Source of the DNA: Candidatus Micrarchaeia archaeon
Lineage (GTDB): Archaea > Micrarchaeota > Micrarchaeia > Burarchaeales > Fermentimicrarchaeaceae
Direction of reading: 5' to 3'
NCBI GenBank assembly: GCA_038871515.1
Contig: JAVZHX010000001.1
Span: 1 to 64,000 of the forward strand
DNA length: 64,000 nt
Positions 46,132 through 56,107 of the stretch are shown one piece after another. Each line of letters starts with the position of its first letter. Position 1 is the stretch's first letter. A program made the position numbers and the translations under genes. Under the pieces are notes generated by a model. It did not search any database. It was not told the origin of the DNA and worked only from the letters and a program-made list of their open reading frames with translations.

Positions 46132-47145
46132 ATGAGAAATACCACTCTGCTCGTTCTTTTGCTTCTAGTTTCTCTCATGTTTTTCGGCTGCGTGGATATG
46201 GGCGCTAAATCATGCAAACAGGATGAGGATTGCAAGGAGTGGCAGGTGTGCAACCTGAAAAGCGGGAAGTGCGTTGTGAGAGAGGGGTTCTGCGCTGCTG
46301 ATGTTGACTGCAAGGATTCAAGGATGGGTTGCAATCTTATAACTCACAGATGCGAGTTCAGAGGTGGCTTCTGCCTTGATGATTATGACTGCAAGGAGTG
46401 GCAGTTCTGCGATAACTCAACAAACAGATGTCAGGTGAAAGAAGGCAGATGCGATGTTGACGCGGAATGCAACAGATGGGAGAACTGCGATGTGAAGAAG
46501 CACAGGTGCGTTGCAAAAGCTGGCTTCTGCTCGGATATGTATGACTGCGCAAGCTGGCAGAACTGCAACGAGGAAACCCATCTCTGCGTTGCCGGTGCCG
46601 GTTACTGCAACGATGATGTTGACTGCGACAGATGGGAAACATGCAATGCAAAAACCCATCTCTGCACTCCAAAAACAGGCTTCTGCAACAATGACTTGGA
46701 TTGCGCTTCCCAGTATCTATGCGGTTCAGATCACAGATGCGTGCTCCGCAGCGGTTACTGCTTAAACGACTCCCAGTGCGGTTGGTGGCAGCTCTGCGAC
46801 CAAAAAACATTAACGTGCAAAGCAAAAAGGGAGTACTGCGATACGGAAAAGGAGTGCGGGAGTTGGGAGATATGCAATGGAATAACACACAAATGCGAGC
46901 CAAAAGCAGGTTATTGCTCCAAGGATAGTGACTGCGGTGAGTGGCAGAGGTGCAACGAAAAACACATCTGCGTTACAAGAGGGGGAATGTGCGGTTCAGA
47001 TAAGGAGTGCGGAGCAGATGAGAGATGCGATTTGACTCCAGGAAGCCCAACCCTGTATACGTGCGTGAGGAGAAACATCCCATGCACGGGCGATTGGGAT
47101 TGCCCTGGCTCAACATGTAACCTTCAAACAAGGCTGTGCAGGTAG
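46132..47145 (+). CDS. Cys-rich tandem-repeat lipoprotein
   Basis: Lipobox FFGC; 12 repeats of C-x2-D-x-(D/E)-C-x2-W-x2-C-x5/6-C. Confidence 0.85.
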   Translation: MRNTTLLVLLLLVSLMFFGCVDMGAKSCKQDEDCKEWQVCNLKSGKCVVREGFCAADVDCKDSRMGCNLITHRCEFRGGFCLDDYDCKEWQFCDNSTNRCQVKEGRCDVDAECNRWENCDVKKHRCVAKAGFCSDMYDCASWQNCNEETHLCVAGAGYCNDDVDCDRWETCNAKTHLCTPKTGFCNNDLDCASQYLCGSDHRCVLRSGYCLNDSQCGWWQLCDQKTLTCKAKREYCDTEKECGSWEICNGITHKCEPKAGYCSKDSDCGEWQRCNEKHICVTRGGMCGSDKECGADERCDLTPGSPTLYTCVRRNIPCTGDWDCPGSTCNLQTRLCR

Positions 47146-47907
47146 TCACTCCCTTATCAATTTTTCTATTCTGTCACATATGTCAAAGAAGACAGGGTGT
47201 CTTTGGTAATCAGCCCTTGGGCGAGGCAAATCTATAGGGATATCACCTACTACTTTCGCAGGCCTTTTTGATAGAACAATCACCCTGTCTGCCATGAAAA
47301 CTGCTTCCTGTATGAGATGAGTTACCATTAGTATTGTGTTTGTTGGTATGCTCGTATCCCTCCATATATCAAGCACATCTGCTCTGAGAGTTTGAGCTGT
47401 AAGCGCATCCAGCGATGAAAAAGGTTCATCCATCAAAAGGATTTCTGGCTCAACGGCAAGCGCTCTTGCTATTCCTACCCTCTGCTTCATCCCTCCTGAA
47501 AGCTCAGGTGGGTATGCATTCTCAAACCCCTCAAGCTCACATAATTTTATGTAGTGGCTTGCGATTGCATGCCTCTTTATTTTTGGTATTCCAATTGCTT
47601 CCATGCCAAGCTCAATATTTTCACGCACAGTTAACCAGGGGAGAAGCGCAAATGTCTGAAATATCATGGTTGACCTTCTTGGGTCAGGTCCTTGTATTGA
47701 CTCGCCGTTGAAAAGCACCTCTCCAGAAGTTGGCTTCTCCAAACCAGCAATTATTCTTAGCAATGTGCTCTTCCCGCAACCGCTCTGCCCAAGTATGCAA
47801 ACAAACTCGTGGGGTTGAACGTCAAACGTTATGCTGTTCAAAACTCTTATCCTCTCCCCATTCTTTGTGAAGTATTTGCTAACATGCCTGAGGCTCAGAA
47901 GCGGCAT
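47146..47907 (-). CDS. NitT/TauT-family ABC ATP-binding protein
   Basis: GQSGCGKS, FALLPWLTV, YPPELSGGMKQRV, MDEPF. Confidence 0.93.
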   Translation of the reverse strand: MPLLSLRHVSKYFTKNGERIRVLNSITFDVQPHEFVCILGQSGCGKSTLLRIIAGLEKPTSGEVLFNGESIQGPDPRRSTMIFQTFALLPWLTVRENIELGMEAIGIPKIKRHAIASHYIKLCELEGFENAYPPELSGGMKQRVGIARALAVEPEILLMDEPFSSLDALTAQTLRADVLDIWRDTSIPTNTILMVTHLIQEAVFMADRVIVLSKRPAKVVGDIPIDLPRPRADYQRHPVFFDICDRIEKLIRE

Positions 47908-47917
47908 ACTCCCACTT

Positions 47918-49987
47918 TTAAGTCATTTCAAATTTATACTTTTCTGCTTTCATGAAAAGATAACCCCATACGAAATGATTGAGCAGAATCACAGTTAGAG
48001 ACATTGCGCCTATTGCGATTGTGATGAGCCATGGGTCTCCCCACTCCGCAGTTGCTTTGTTTATGAACGCTCCCAATCCAGTTACGGAGTAGGGGTGGAG
48101 TGGTGAGGTGGAATCGTTTGTTGGAGTGAGAAGAGTGATGTATCCTGAAGAAGCAGGTATTGTGACTGGGTTGCCCCGCTGTGGGGTTGAACCAATCTCC
48201 CCAACAGTGAAGTTTATTGGAAGGTGAAAATCAACGGAATTGGAGTGGAAGGTTATTGAGGCGTTGTGCTTCCCAACACCCATCACCTCAAGCATGCCCA
48301 AACATTTGCCGTCAAAGCAGTTTATTTCTGAAACTCTCTCTCCGACAACCGCAGTCACGCTGTTCAGCTCAACTCCGGAGTAAGTTGCCTCAAACTGAAT
48401 GTGACCGCCGTAGTTTATGTACTCGCTTACAATTGTTGCGTTCCAAGCCCCTCCCCACGCCTGTATACTTCCAACAATAATCCCGGGAAAGATTGCTGGC
48501 AGTATTACGTATCTAACAAACCTCCAATCACTTATTCCAAAGCAGCTCGCCGCCTCGCTTATATCTTTTGGTATTCTTTTTATTGCGCCAATTATATTGA
48601 AAAGTAAATACCACTGGCTGCCAGTAAGAAGGAGGAGCACTGACGCAATCTCAAGCCCGATGGAACCTGTCCCAAAGTATTTGAAAACAATTATTACAAT
48701 GAATGGAAAGAGAGCAAGAGCTGGGATTGATTGCCCTATATCAAAAATCGGCAGGAAAATTTGAGAGAGAAATTTGTTTCTTGTTATAATTATCCCTGCT
48801 GCCAGCGTCCAAGCAAGCGCAATTAGATATGCAAAGAATATTCTGAGAAGGGAGCGGAATGCAAAGTATGGAATTGAGTATGCTTCTGGGTGGGTGTTAA
48901 ATGAGAGCCGTAATTCCGCAAGTGGTTTCTGGAGGGAGGCTGCAAAGAAAAGCGCAAGGAAATACATGGTTACTCCAAAAAGAATTGAGAAGATTATCAG
49001 CTGGTGCAAAGCCATTCTTCTTGGGTCAATTATCACTTCTGGTTTGTGTATTTCAATATGTATTGGTGGGGGACGGGGGATTTTTTGGAAGATGCGCTTT
49101 TCTGAGAGGAATTCAATCAAATCATCTAATTTCTCAAAAGAAAACTCTAACAGCTTGGCGAGAGTGGAGAGCTTCTTTTTTGAAATTTCCTCACCGCCAA
49201 CGGTTTGCACTTTGAATTTTTCTGAGTAGTCAAGCAGGGGAGCCCAGATGAATTTATTTATTATCAGTACAAGCAGAACGAACACTCCAAGCCCAAACAA
49301 AGCTGAGGGGATGTTCTGCTGAACATAAACTGAGTTGGCGAGATAGTAGCCAACTCCAGGGAGCGTATAGACTGCTCCGCCAAACGTCATAAACTCACAC
49401 GCAACAAGGAAATACCACCCTCCCCCCCACGCGAGTATGCTGCCTGTTATGAAGGATGGAAAGATGAACGGAAGCAGCATTTTTCTTAAGTATTTGAAGC
49501 CGGTTACCCCAAACGCTCTGGAAGCGCTCTTCAAATCCTCTGGGATGCTTCTCACTGCTCCATAAACCCCAAAAGCAACTGCCCAAGCCTGCCCTGTGAA
49601 AATGAGAAGGATGGATGCGATTTCAACTCCAAGCTCCCCTGGGAAGAGATTTATGAAGAACAGTATTGCTGCTGGGAGAAAACCCAGAACTGGGATAGAT
49701 TGAAGTATGTCAAGCAATGGTATCATAACCCTTCTTGGTTTTTCGTATAAACCAGCAATTATTCCGTATGAAAGTCCGAATGCAACAGTGAGCACGTATG
49801 CTGCTGTCATTCTCAGCAGAGTTCTGAAAATGAAGTAAGGGAGGTGAACTGTTTGTGGGTTGTTGGCTATCTCGGAAAAAAAGGGAGGGAACAGGATTGC
49901 AAGGAGCAGTAAAGCGAGTGCTACTGCCAGAAGAATAAGAACTTCAAGAAATCTACCAACCTCCATCGTAGGTTTTTTAACAAACAA
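47918..49987 (-). CDS. NitT/TauT-family duplicated ABC permease with extracellular insertion
   Basis: Two homologous halves (DILQSIP/DIGQSIP; AWGGGW/AWGGAW). Start may be ATG 49966. Confidence 0.9.
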   Translation of the reverse strand: MFVKKPTMEVGRFLEVLILLAVALALLLLAILFPPFFSEIANNPQTVHLPYFIFRTLLRMTAAYVLTVAFGLSYGIIAGLYEKPRRVMIPLLDILQSIPVLGFLPAAILFFINLFPGELGVEIASILLIFTGQAWAVAFGVYGAVRSIPEDLKSASRAFGVTGFKYLRKMLLPFIFPSFITGSILAWGGGWYFLVACEFMTFGGAVYTLPGVGYYLANSVYVQQNIPSALFGLGVFVLLVLIINKFIWAPLLDYSEKFKVQTVGGEEISKKKLSTLAKLLEFSFEKLDDLIEFLSEKRIFQKIPRPPPIHIEIHKPEVIIDPRRMALHQLIIFSILFGVTMYFLALFFAASLQKPLAELRLSFNTHPEAYSIPYFAFRSLLRIFFAYLIALAWTLAAGIIITRNKFLSQIFLPIFDIGQSIPALALFPFIVIIVFKYFGTGSIGLEIASVLLLLTGSQWYLLFNIIGAIKRIPKDISEAASCFGISDWRFVRYVILPAIFPGIIVGSIQAWGGAWNATIVSEYINYGGHIQFEATYSGVELNSVTAVVGERVSEINCFDGKCLGMLEVMGVGKHNASITFHSNSVDFHLPINFTVGEIGSTPQRGNPVTIPASSGYITLLTPTNDSTSPLHPYSVTGLGAFINKATAEWGDPWLITIAIGAMSLTVILLNHFVWGYLFMKAEKYKFEMT

Positions 49988-50029
49988 TCTTTATATTATT
50001 TAACCTAAATAATAACGGGGGTGTTTTTT

Positions 50030-51244
50030 ATGGCTGGGAAGGCTGTTCTGGTTGTGTGCGATGGGTTGGGGGATAGATTGATTAAAAACAGAACTCCTCT
50101 TCAGATGGCGAGGAGAAACAACCTGAACAAGCTTGCTTCAAAAGGAATAACTGGATTGATGCATACAATTGCACCAGGCGTAATTCCGGGAAGCGATACC
50201 GCGCATCTTGCTTTGTTTGGTTATGACCCGTATACATCGTATCAGGGAAGGGGAGTTTACGAGGCGCTTGGTGCTGGTTTGGAGCTTGAGGAAGGGGATA
50301 TTGCGTTCAGGTGCAACTTCGCAACTGTTGATGAAAGAGGGATAGTTAGGGACAGAAGGGCAGGGAGGATAAGAGATATTGGGCCGGTGCTTGCGAAGGA
50401 GCTTGATGGGCAGAAAGTGGATAGCGTGAGAATTGTTTTCAAAGCAACCACTGAGCACAGGGGGGTGCTTGTTTTAAGGGGGCAGGGGCTTTCAAGAAAT
50501 ATAACTGATACTGACCCACATGAGCTCAACGTGCCAGTTCTGAAATCAAAGCCGTTGGATGGAACAATGGAAGCTAAGAGGACTGCTTTCATACTGAACC
50601 GATTCACCGATTTATCTCATGAGATACTCAACGAGCATCCGATAAATGAGGAGAGGAGGAAGAAGGGGAAACCACCAGCGAATATAGTTCTCTCAAGAGG
50701 AGCTGGAGCGTATAAAAGTTTGGATTCGCTGGGTGAAAAGTACGGAATAAAGAGCGCGTGCATAGCAGGAGGTGCCCTTTACAAAGGAGTGGCAAGAGCG
50801 GTTGGCATGGATGTGATTGAAGTTGAAGGCGCGACTGGAACGGCGGATACTGATTTGATGGCAAAGGCAAAAGCAGTGAAAAAGGCACTTGAGGAGTATG
50901 ATGTTGTTTTTCTTCATGTGAAAGCAACCGATAACTTCAGCCATGATGGGGATGTGAAGGGAAAGGTGAAGATGATTGAGAAAGTTGACAAGATGGTTGG
51001 GGAGCTTATGAAAAATGATGTATATATAGTATTTACTGGTGACCACAGCACCCCTTGCTCTTTGAGGAATCACTCAGCAGATCCCCTGCCAATAGTTATT
51101 CACGGGAGAGGAGTGATACCAGATGAAGTTAAAAAGTTTGACGAAGTTTCATGCATGAAGGGAGGGTTGGGGCATATAAGGGGGATGGATATTATGCCAA
51201 TTATACTCAGTTTGATAGGTAAGACAGGTATTTTTGGCTCGTAG
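50030..51244 (+). CDS. apgM: 2,3-bisphosphoglycerate-independent phosphoglycerate mutase (archaeal)
   Basis: DGLGD, PGSDTAHL, GRG..EA.G, D..SHDG, TGDHSTP. Confidence 0.95.
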   Translation: MAGKAVLVVCDGLGDRLIKNRTPLQMARRNNLNKLASKGITGLMHTIAPGVIPGSDTAHLALFGYDPYTSYQGRGVYEALGAGLELEEGDIAFRCNFATVDERGIVRDRRAGRIRDIGPVLAKELDGQKVDSVRIVFKATTEHRGVLVLRGQGLSRNITDTDPHELNVPVLKSKPLDGTMEAKRTAFILNRFTDLSHEILNEHPINEERRKKGKPPANIVLSRGAGAYKSLDSLGEKYGIKSACIAGGALYKGVARAVGMDVIEVEGATGTADTDLMAKAKAVKKALEEYDVVFLHVKATDNFSHDGDVKGKVKMIEKVDKMVGELMKNDVYIVFTGDHSTPCSLRNHSADPLPIVIHGRGVIPDEVKKFDEVSCMKGGLGHIRGMDIMPIILSLIGKTGIFGS

Positions 51245-51253
51245 GGTTAGTTG

Positions 51254-51670
51254 ATGAAATACCGCTTTCTTGAGCATACTGCTGATGTGCTTTTTGAAGC
51301 TTATGGGGATAGTTTTGGGGAGGCAGTGGAGAATGCTGCAGCTGCGATGTTTGACGTGATGTGTTATCCTGAGAGAGTTGATGAAAGAATAAAGTTTGAA
51401 GTTGAGGAGAAAGCGAATACATTAGAGAATCTTGCTGTTTTCACCCTTTCAACAATTCTCTCTGAATGCGAGGTGAGAGGAGTTCTTCCAAAAAGATTCG
51501 AGGTGAAAAGCTTCTCCAAAAAAAATGCAGAATATAGATTGCAGGGAGTTGTTTATGGAGGTGAGTGGGAGAGCAGCAAAGTTAAAAAAGATGTTAAAGC
51601 AGTCACCCATCACATGGTGAAAGTTGAGAGAGATAAAAAATTCAGAATAAGGATGTTGCTTGATATTTAA
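51254..51670 (+). CDS. Archease
   Basis: YRFLEHTAD, VKAVTHH, C-terminal LDI. Confidence 0.95.
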   Translation: MKYRFLEHTADVLFEAYGDSFGEAVENAAAAMFDVMCYPERVDERIKFEVEEKANTLENLAVFTLSTILSECEVRGVLPKRFEVKSFSKKNAEYRLQGVVYGGEWESSKVKKDVKAVTHHMVKVERDKKFRIRMLLDI

Positions 51671-52620
51671 GTTTCTTGGTAAAGCTCGTCAAGCTCTTTG
51701 TTTAACTTTTCAATTTCATCCAAGTTAGTTTCAAGTTTAACCCAAATTTCTTCTGTGTGCGTTTCAACTTTTATTTTTCCAAGCACGTCTGCCAAGGTGC
51801 TTTCTGCTGGTGAGATTCCTCTTGCCAGTGAGAGAGAGCTTTCAATTAATTTTGATATGTCGTTTGCGCTTGGAGCATCATCTGCAAGGATGATTGCCTT
51901 GAAGTTAATTTTCCTTCCCTCCTTGCTGATTGAGAAGCCAGTTGACTTTGTTTTTGAGAAAGCAGCAACGCCAAAGCTTCCATCGCTGGAGTTCAGCTCC
52001 CTTCTGATTGCTTCTGTGTTTTCAAAAAGCAGCATGAAAACTGCCTTCTCATCCAGTTTCTCATAAACTCTTTTCAGCGAGCTTCGCGCCTTGATGCTTT
52101 CGCCCTTTCCATTTACCAAATCAACCGAATCCTCAACCGCCTCCTTTGAGCCACCAACAAGAAAGTTCTGCAGGAAGGAGAAGTACGTTTTGTTTTCTGG
52201 CGCTTCTTTTGAAGTAACCTCGTATATAATCTGATTGTTGTATTTAAGCTCGTTTATCAAATTGTTCAATTTCATGCTGTCAAGAATTTTCTCCTTCTCT
52301 ATTTTTCCTCTTGCAATGAAACCACCATATGTTTCGCTCTCCTGCTCAAGCGAGTCAAATTTGAAGAAAAGAACAATTCTCTCAACGTTGGTTGGGTTTA
52401 TACCGGTTGTCGCCTCAATTCTTTTTATCTCAAGCTGCATCTCCTCGCTGCTGTTGTATAAAGCAATAAAATCAGAATCGTTGAGCAAGGAGGATGGGCG
52501 GAAGATTATCAGAGCGTTAGCTGAGTTAGGCACCATCTCAAGCTCATCCTTCTGCGTCTCCCATGGAAGGGTTACGCAACCAAGAAGCAAAAGCAAAGCA
52601 ACAATGGCAAGTTTTCTCAT
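51667..52620 (-). CDS. Lipoprotein of unknown function
   Basis: MRK + hydrophobic stretch + LGC lipobox. Confidence 0.75.
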   Translation of the reverse strand: MRKLAIVALLLLLGCVTLPWETQKDELEMVPNSANALIIFRPSSLLNDSDFIALYNSSEEMQLEIKRIEATTGINPTNVERIVLFFKFDSLEQESETYGGFIARGKIEKEKILDSMKLNNLINELKYNNQIIYEVTSKEAPENKTYFSFLQNFLVGGSKEAVEDSVDLVNGKGESIKARSSLKRVYEKLDEKAVFMLLFENTEAIRRELNSSDGSFGVAAFSKTKSTGFSISKEGRKINFKAIILADDAPSANDISKLIESSLSLARGISPAESTLADVLGKIKVETHTEEIWVKLETNLDEIEKLNKELDELYQET

Positions 52621-52690
52621 AGTTTATTTTTATCTGATGGATTATAAAAGATTATGCAAGAATTTAAAGCAGATTGTGTAAAATAATAGC

Positions 52691-53716
52691 ATGCAGCTGG
52701 GTTTGTTTGGGAGGGAGAGTGAGCAGAAAAGCAGAATTAGAGTGGGAGAGGATGGGTTTGAAATAACATTCATAAAAAGGTATGGAAGCTATACTGTGAG
52801 GAATTATCATTTATTCACTCTGAAGAAAGTTGGGAAGGAGTTCAATGTTCCGAGTTTGTTCACAAGAAAATTCAGAGGAATACCTTTCTCAATTCTCTAT
52901 GACTTTGAGGAGGAGAGGATATATCTGGTTAGCATTGGAGTGAGAAGGGAGGTTGTTGAAAGCATTTTTGCTGGTGTGGAGGGGTTGGAGTTTGAGCATT
53001 TATCTGAATGCCTGGATGAGGAGATAGAAGCAAGGACGTTGTGGAGGTATGTGGCGTTTCCCCTTCCGAATGAGTTTTATGATTATTCGGATATGAGCAG
53101 CGAACGCGCTTTATTCCTTCAATCAAAAATTTATTATAACCCAGAAAGCCTTGCGGATATATACAATGCAATGAAGGGAAGAAAAGCGAGGATGCTTGTT
53201 TCATTCGTGCCTGCTTCTGAGGAGGAGCTGGAGAGGGAGAGGGAGCTTTATGAGGAGGAAGCAGAGCTGAAAGAACCGATGGAGTTCCACAGAAAGGAGA
53301 GGAAAGTTTCAAGGTTGGTTTTGTTAAGCAATGTGCTTGCAAGCATGTTCACAACAACTCCTGTAACTGATTTGAGCAAAGGAGCAATTTACTCAAGTGA
53401 AAAAGTTGAGAGGGTGGAGGGGAGGAGGGATTTGGAGAGAAGACACATCGCGCGCACAATAGTTGGAATGTGCAACCTTGCAAAGTTCACCAACGATGCA
53501 GTTTTTAGAGTTTCCTTCATAGGTTATGGAGAGAATTCTGATTTGCTGGAGATGCACTTCCGCTCCAAGTTTCCCTGCTTGAAGGAGCCAGTTTCTGTTA
53601 CTGAGGAGCTCACTTATGGAATACCGCAGGGGGGAGGCGATGTTATGAGTGGCCTGTTCGCTTCAAACTTCATCTACTTCCCAAAGAAGTATTCTATAGA
53701 TGAGGAAAGAGTTTAA
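52691..53716 (+). CDS. Hypothetical protein
   Basis: 341-aa ORF with typical host codon style; no motif recognised. Confidence 0.7.
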   Translation: MQLGLFGRESEQKSRIRVGEDGFEITFIKRYGSYTVRNYHLFTLKKVGKEFNVPSLFTRKFRGIPFSILYDFEEERIYLVSIGVRREVVESIFAGVEGLEFEHLSECLDEEIEARTLWRYVAFPLPNEFYDYSDMSSERALFLQSKIYYNPESLADIYNAMKGRKARMLVSFVPASEEELERERELYEEEAELKEPMEFHRKERKVSRLVLLSNVLASMFTTTPVTDLSKGAIYSSEKVERVEGRRDLERRHIARTIVGMCNLAKFTNDAVFRVSFIGYGENSDLLEMHFRSKFPCLKEPVSVTEELTYGIPQGGGDVMSGLFASNFIYFPKKYSIDEERV

Positions 53717-53743
53717 AAGAAAGATGAGTTAAAATTTATCTGC

Positions 53744-53817
53744 AGCCCCGTCATCTAGCTGGCTAAGGATAACGGGCTCTGGACCCGTTGACGTCGGTTC
53801 GAATCCGACCGGGGCTA
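53744..53817 (+). tRNA. tRNA-Gln(CTG)
   Basis: Acceptor AGCCCCG/CGGGGCT (archaeal A1-U72); anticodon arm ACGGG-CTCTGGA-CCCGT; T-arm GTCGG-TTCGAAT-CCGAC. Confidence 0.95.
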
Positions 53818-53819
53818 CT

Positions 53820-54263
53820 GTGAAATCACTAGTAGTATACATATCTGTTCACCATGGAAACACAAAAAGAGTAGCCGAAGCAATAGCAAGTGAGCTTGGC
53901 GCAAAGCTTGTCAAAGCAGATGAAGTTGAACCAAATAGCGTTTTGAAATATGATTTGGTTGGGTTTGGCTCTGGAATTTATATATTCAATTACCACAGAA
54001 GCATTCTGAGTTTAGTTGAGAAACTCCCAAAAGTGAAAAAAAGAGCATTTGTTTTTTCAACAAGCGGAAGCGGTAAACCTCAGGGAGATTTGAGAAGAAG
54101 GTTGGAGGAGAAAGGGTTTGAGGTGGTTGGGGAGTTTCACTGCAAAGGATGGGACACTGTAGGTCCTTTGAAGTTTTTCGGTGGGATTAATAAGGGGAAA
54201 CCTGATGAAAATGATTTGGAAAGGGCGAGGGAGTTTGCAAGGAGTTTGAAAACAAAAGTTTAG
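53820..54263 (+). CDS. Flavodoxin family protein
   Basis: YISVHHGNT, GFGSGIY, FVFSTSG, PDENDLERA. Confidence 0.9.
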   Translation: MKSLVVYISVHHGNTKRVAEAIASELGAKLVKADEVEPNSVLKYDLVGFGSGIYIFNYHRSILSLVEKLPKVKKRAFVFSTSGSGKPQGDLRRRLEEKGFEVVGEFHCKGWDTVGPLKFFGGINKGKPDENDLERAREFARSLKTKV

Positions 54264-54661
54264 TCCAGCTTTGTGTAGACGTAGCTTCTCACTGCTTCCT
54301 TTGCCTTTCTTATATCATCTACTTTGAAGGCAAACAGCCCCTCCTTCCCTTTCTTCTCTAAACTGTAGACACTTCGGATATTCACTCCCTTAAACGCGAG
54401 TATCGCAGCAACTGTTCCTATTTCACCAGGTCTGTCCACAAGTTTAAGAACGAGCACTTCTGATTCTGCTGTGAGAAAGCCTGCCTCCTCCAGTATTCTT
54501 TTCACTTTCTCAGTATCCCTTACAACAATGTGTATCACCGCTGTTCCGCCAATGCTTTCAGCGGATATGTAATCTATATTTATTTTATTTTCACTTAGCT
54601 TGTTAGCTATTTTAGCCAGCAAACCAACCCTATCCTCAGCAAATATTGTTAACTCCTTCAT
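54260..54661 (-). CDS. Tandem ACT-domain protein
   Basis: DRVGLLA and DRPGEIG; paralog of 26328..26738. Confidence 0.9.
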   Translation of the reverse strand: MKELTIFAEDRVGLLAKIANKLSENKINIDYISAESIGGTAVIHIVVRDTEKVKRILEEAGFLTAESEVLVLKLVDRPGEIGTVAAILAFKGVNIRSVYSLEKKGKEGLFAFKVDDIRKAKEAVRSYVYTKLD

Positions 54662-54746
54662 TTCTACCGCCTCAAATTTATTGAGTAGAGTGGTATATTA
54701 AATTATTGCCTGTTAATGGTGTTGTGGTATAGAGGGAGATTGCAAA

Positions 54747-55046
54747 TCACTCTCCAACCCATTCAATAAACTCCTTTGAACCTCTCTCAACTTTGAATGC
54801 AACAATGCACGGCAGTTCATAGGGGTGAAGCTCTCTTACTCTGCTCTCAAGCTTCTTGTAATTTCTTTCGCTTGTTTTCGCGATAAGAATAGATTCCTTC
54901 TCTCTCTCAAGCTTTCCCTTCCAAAAGAAAATTGATTCCATAGCAGGTATTATGTTCACGCATCTTGCAAGCTTTTCTTTTATAATTATCTCCCCAACTT
55001 TTCTCGCTTCCTTAACATTTGGAAACGTTATATAAACAAAAAGCAT
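54747..55046 (-). CDS. cutA: Divalent-cation tolerance protein CutA
   Basis: LARCVNI...S.F.W.G...E...I.KT...HPYELP. Confidence 0.93.
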   Translation of the reverse strand: MLFVYITFPNVKEARKVGEIIIKEKLARCVNIIPAMESIFFWKGKLEREKESILIAKTSERNYKKLESRVRELHPYELPCIVAFKVERGSKEFIEWVGE

Positions 55047-56026
55047 CAGTCTCCCTCCACAAATTCATTTAACGTCATTTGTGATGCTTCAATTGCTTTT
55101 GCGTTATAACCCCGTCTTCTCAGCTCGCTTGCGAACCTCACAGTTTCGCCATGCGCGCAGTAAACTTTCTTTGGCGATGCTCTTTCAACGTATTCAATCA
55201 ATTGATTGAAATCCGCATGGTCGCTTAAAGGGAATGCTCTGTCTGCCAAGTAGCCATATTTCAAAGCCCAGCCACTTGCAACTGCACACACAACTTTCCT
55301 TCCATACAAACTTTCAAGCTTCCTGCAGAAACTTCTGTTCGCAAGCTGAGGGATGGTAACAGCGATGAAGCTTCCCTTCATAATCCCCTCTGCTTCCTCA
55401 CTTCTAACAGGAATTCTGTCAAGTTTAACTCCAAATCTCTCGTAAACACAACATGCCTTTTCAACTGCCGACTCAACAACTGGCGCCACTCCAAGGTATT
55501 CGTTTGAGAATTTTATAAGCTCCTGGGCTTTTCCAATTGGGTAGCCTCCAAGAAGAACAATCGCGCCTCTTGAGAGGTTGCTTTCAACCCACTTCGCCAT
55601 AGAAGAGAAAACAAACTCCCTTTCCGGAAAAACCATCTGAGGTGAACCATACGTGCTTTCTATGACAAGAACATCGCATCTCTGAACTTCTGCTCCTTTC
55701 GTTGTCAAACCATCCTGAAGTTTAAAGTCACCAGTATATATTAAGGTAGTGCCGTCGCATTCTGCTTTGAGCTGGCGTGAGCCGAGTATGTGGCCGGAGT
55801 TGAGAAGCTCAAATTTAACTCCGTCAGACTTCGGTGGAGTAACGTCAGTGGAGTAACCTGCAAGCGCAAAAGTTTCTTCAGAAGCAAGTATTCTTTTTCT
55901 GCGTTTCGTTAAGGCAGTTATATGATCGGAATGAGCATGGGAGACAAAACAGTTCTCCCTCCCGCACCCATCCAAAGAGATGGCTGTTTCTCCAACTTCA
56001 AGGTTCATGGCAGCATCCAGTCGCAT
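55046..56026 (-). CDS. MBL-fold beta-CASP nuclease
   Basis: SHAHSDH, SGHILGS, YTGD, IESTYG, GKAQE, LSDHAD, HG. Confidence 0.9.
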   Translation of the reverse strand: MRLDAAMNLEVGETAISLDGCGRENCFVSHAHSDHITALTKRRKRILASEETFALAGYSTDVTPPKSDGVKFELLNSGHILGSRQLKAECDGTTLIYTGDFKLQDGLTTKGAEVQRCDVLVIESTYGSPQMVFPEREFVFSSMAKWVESNLSRGAIVLLGGYPIGKAQELIKFSNEYLGVAPVVESAVEKACCVYERFGVKLDRIPVRSEEAEGIMKGSFIAVTIPQLANRSFCRKLESLYGRKVVCAVASGWALKYGYLADRAFPLSDHADFNQLIEYVERASPKKVYCAHGETVRFASELRRRGYNAKAIEASQMTLNEFVEGD

Positions 56027-56107
56027 GATGAATTTTCTCCTTCCTTAAATAAATATTCCTTAGCAAGTAATATTAAAAACTCAAGCACAAAATAGATTGG
56101 TGTTCCC

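Noticed and set aside
46200..47145. Periodic sequence that could suggest a CRISPR array
   Set aside because: The repeats are degenerate at DNA level and in-frame protein repeats; no identical repeat-spacer pattern or cas genes.
48098..48403. Intein in the ABC permease
   Set aside because: No N-terminal Cys/Ser block or C-terminal His-Asn followed by Cys/Ser/Thr; the insert looks extracellular.
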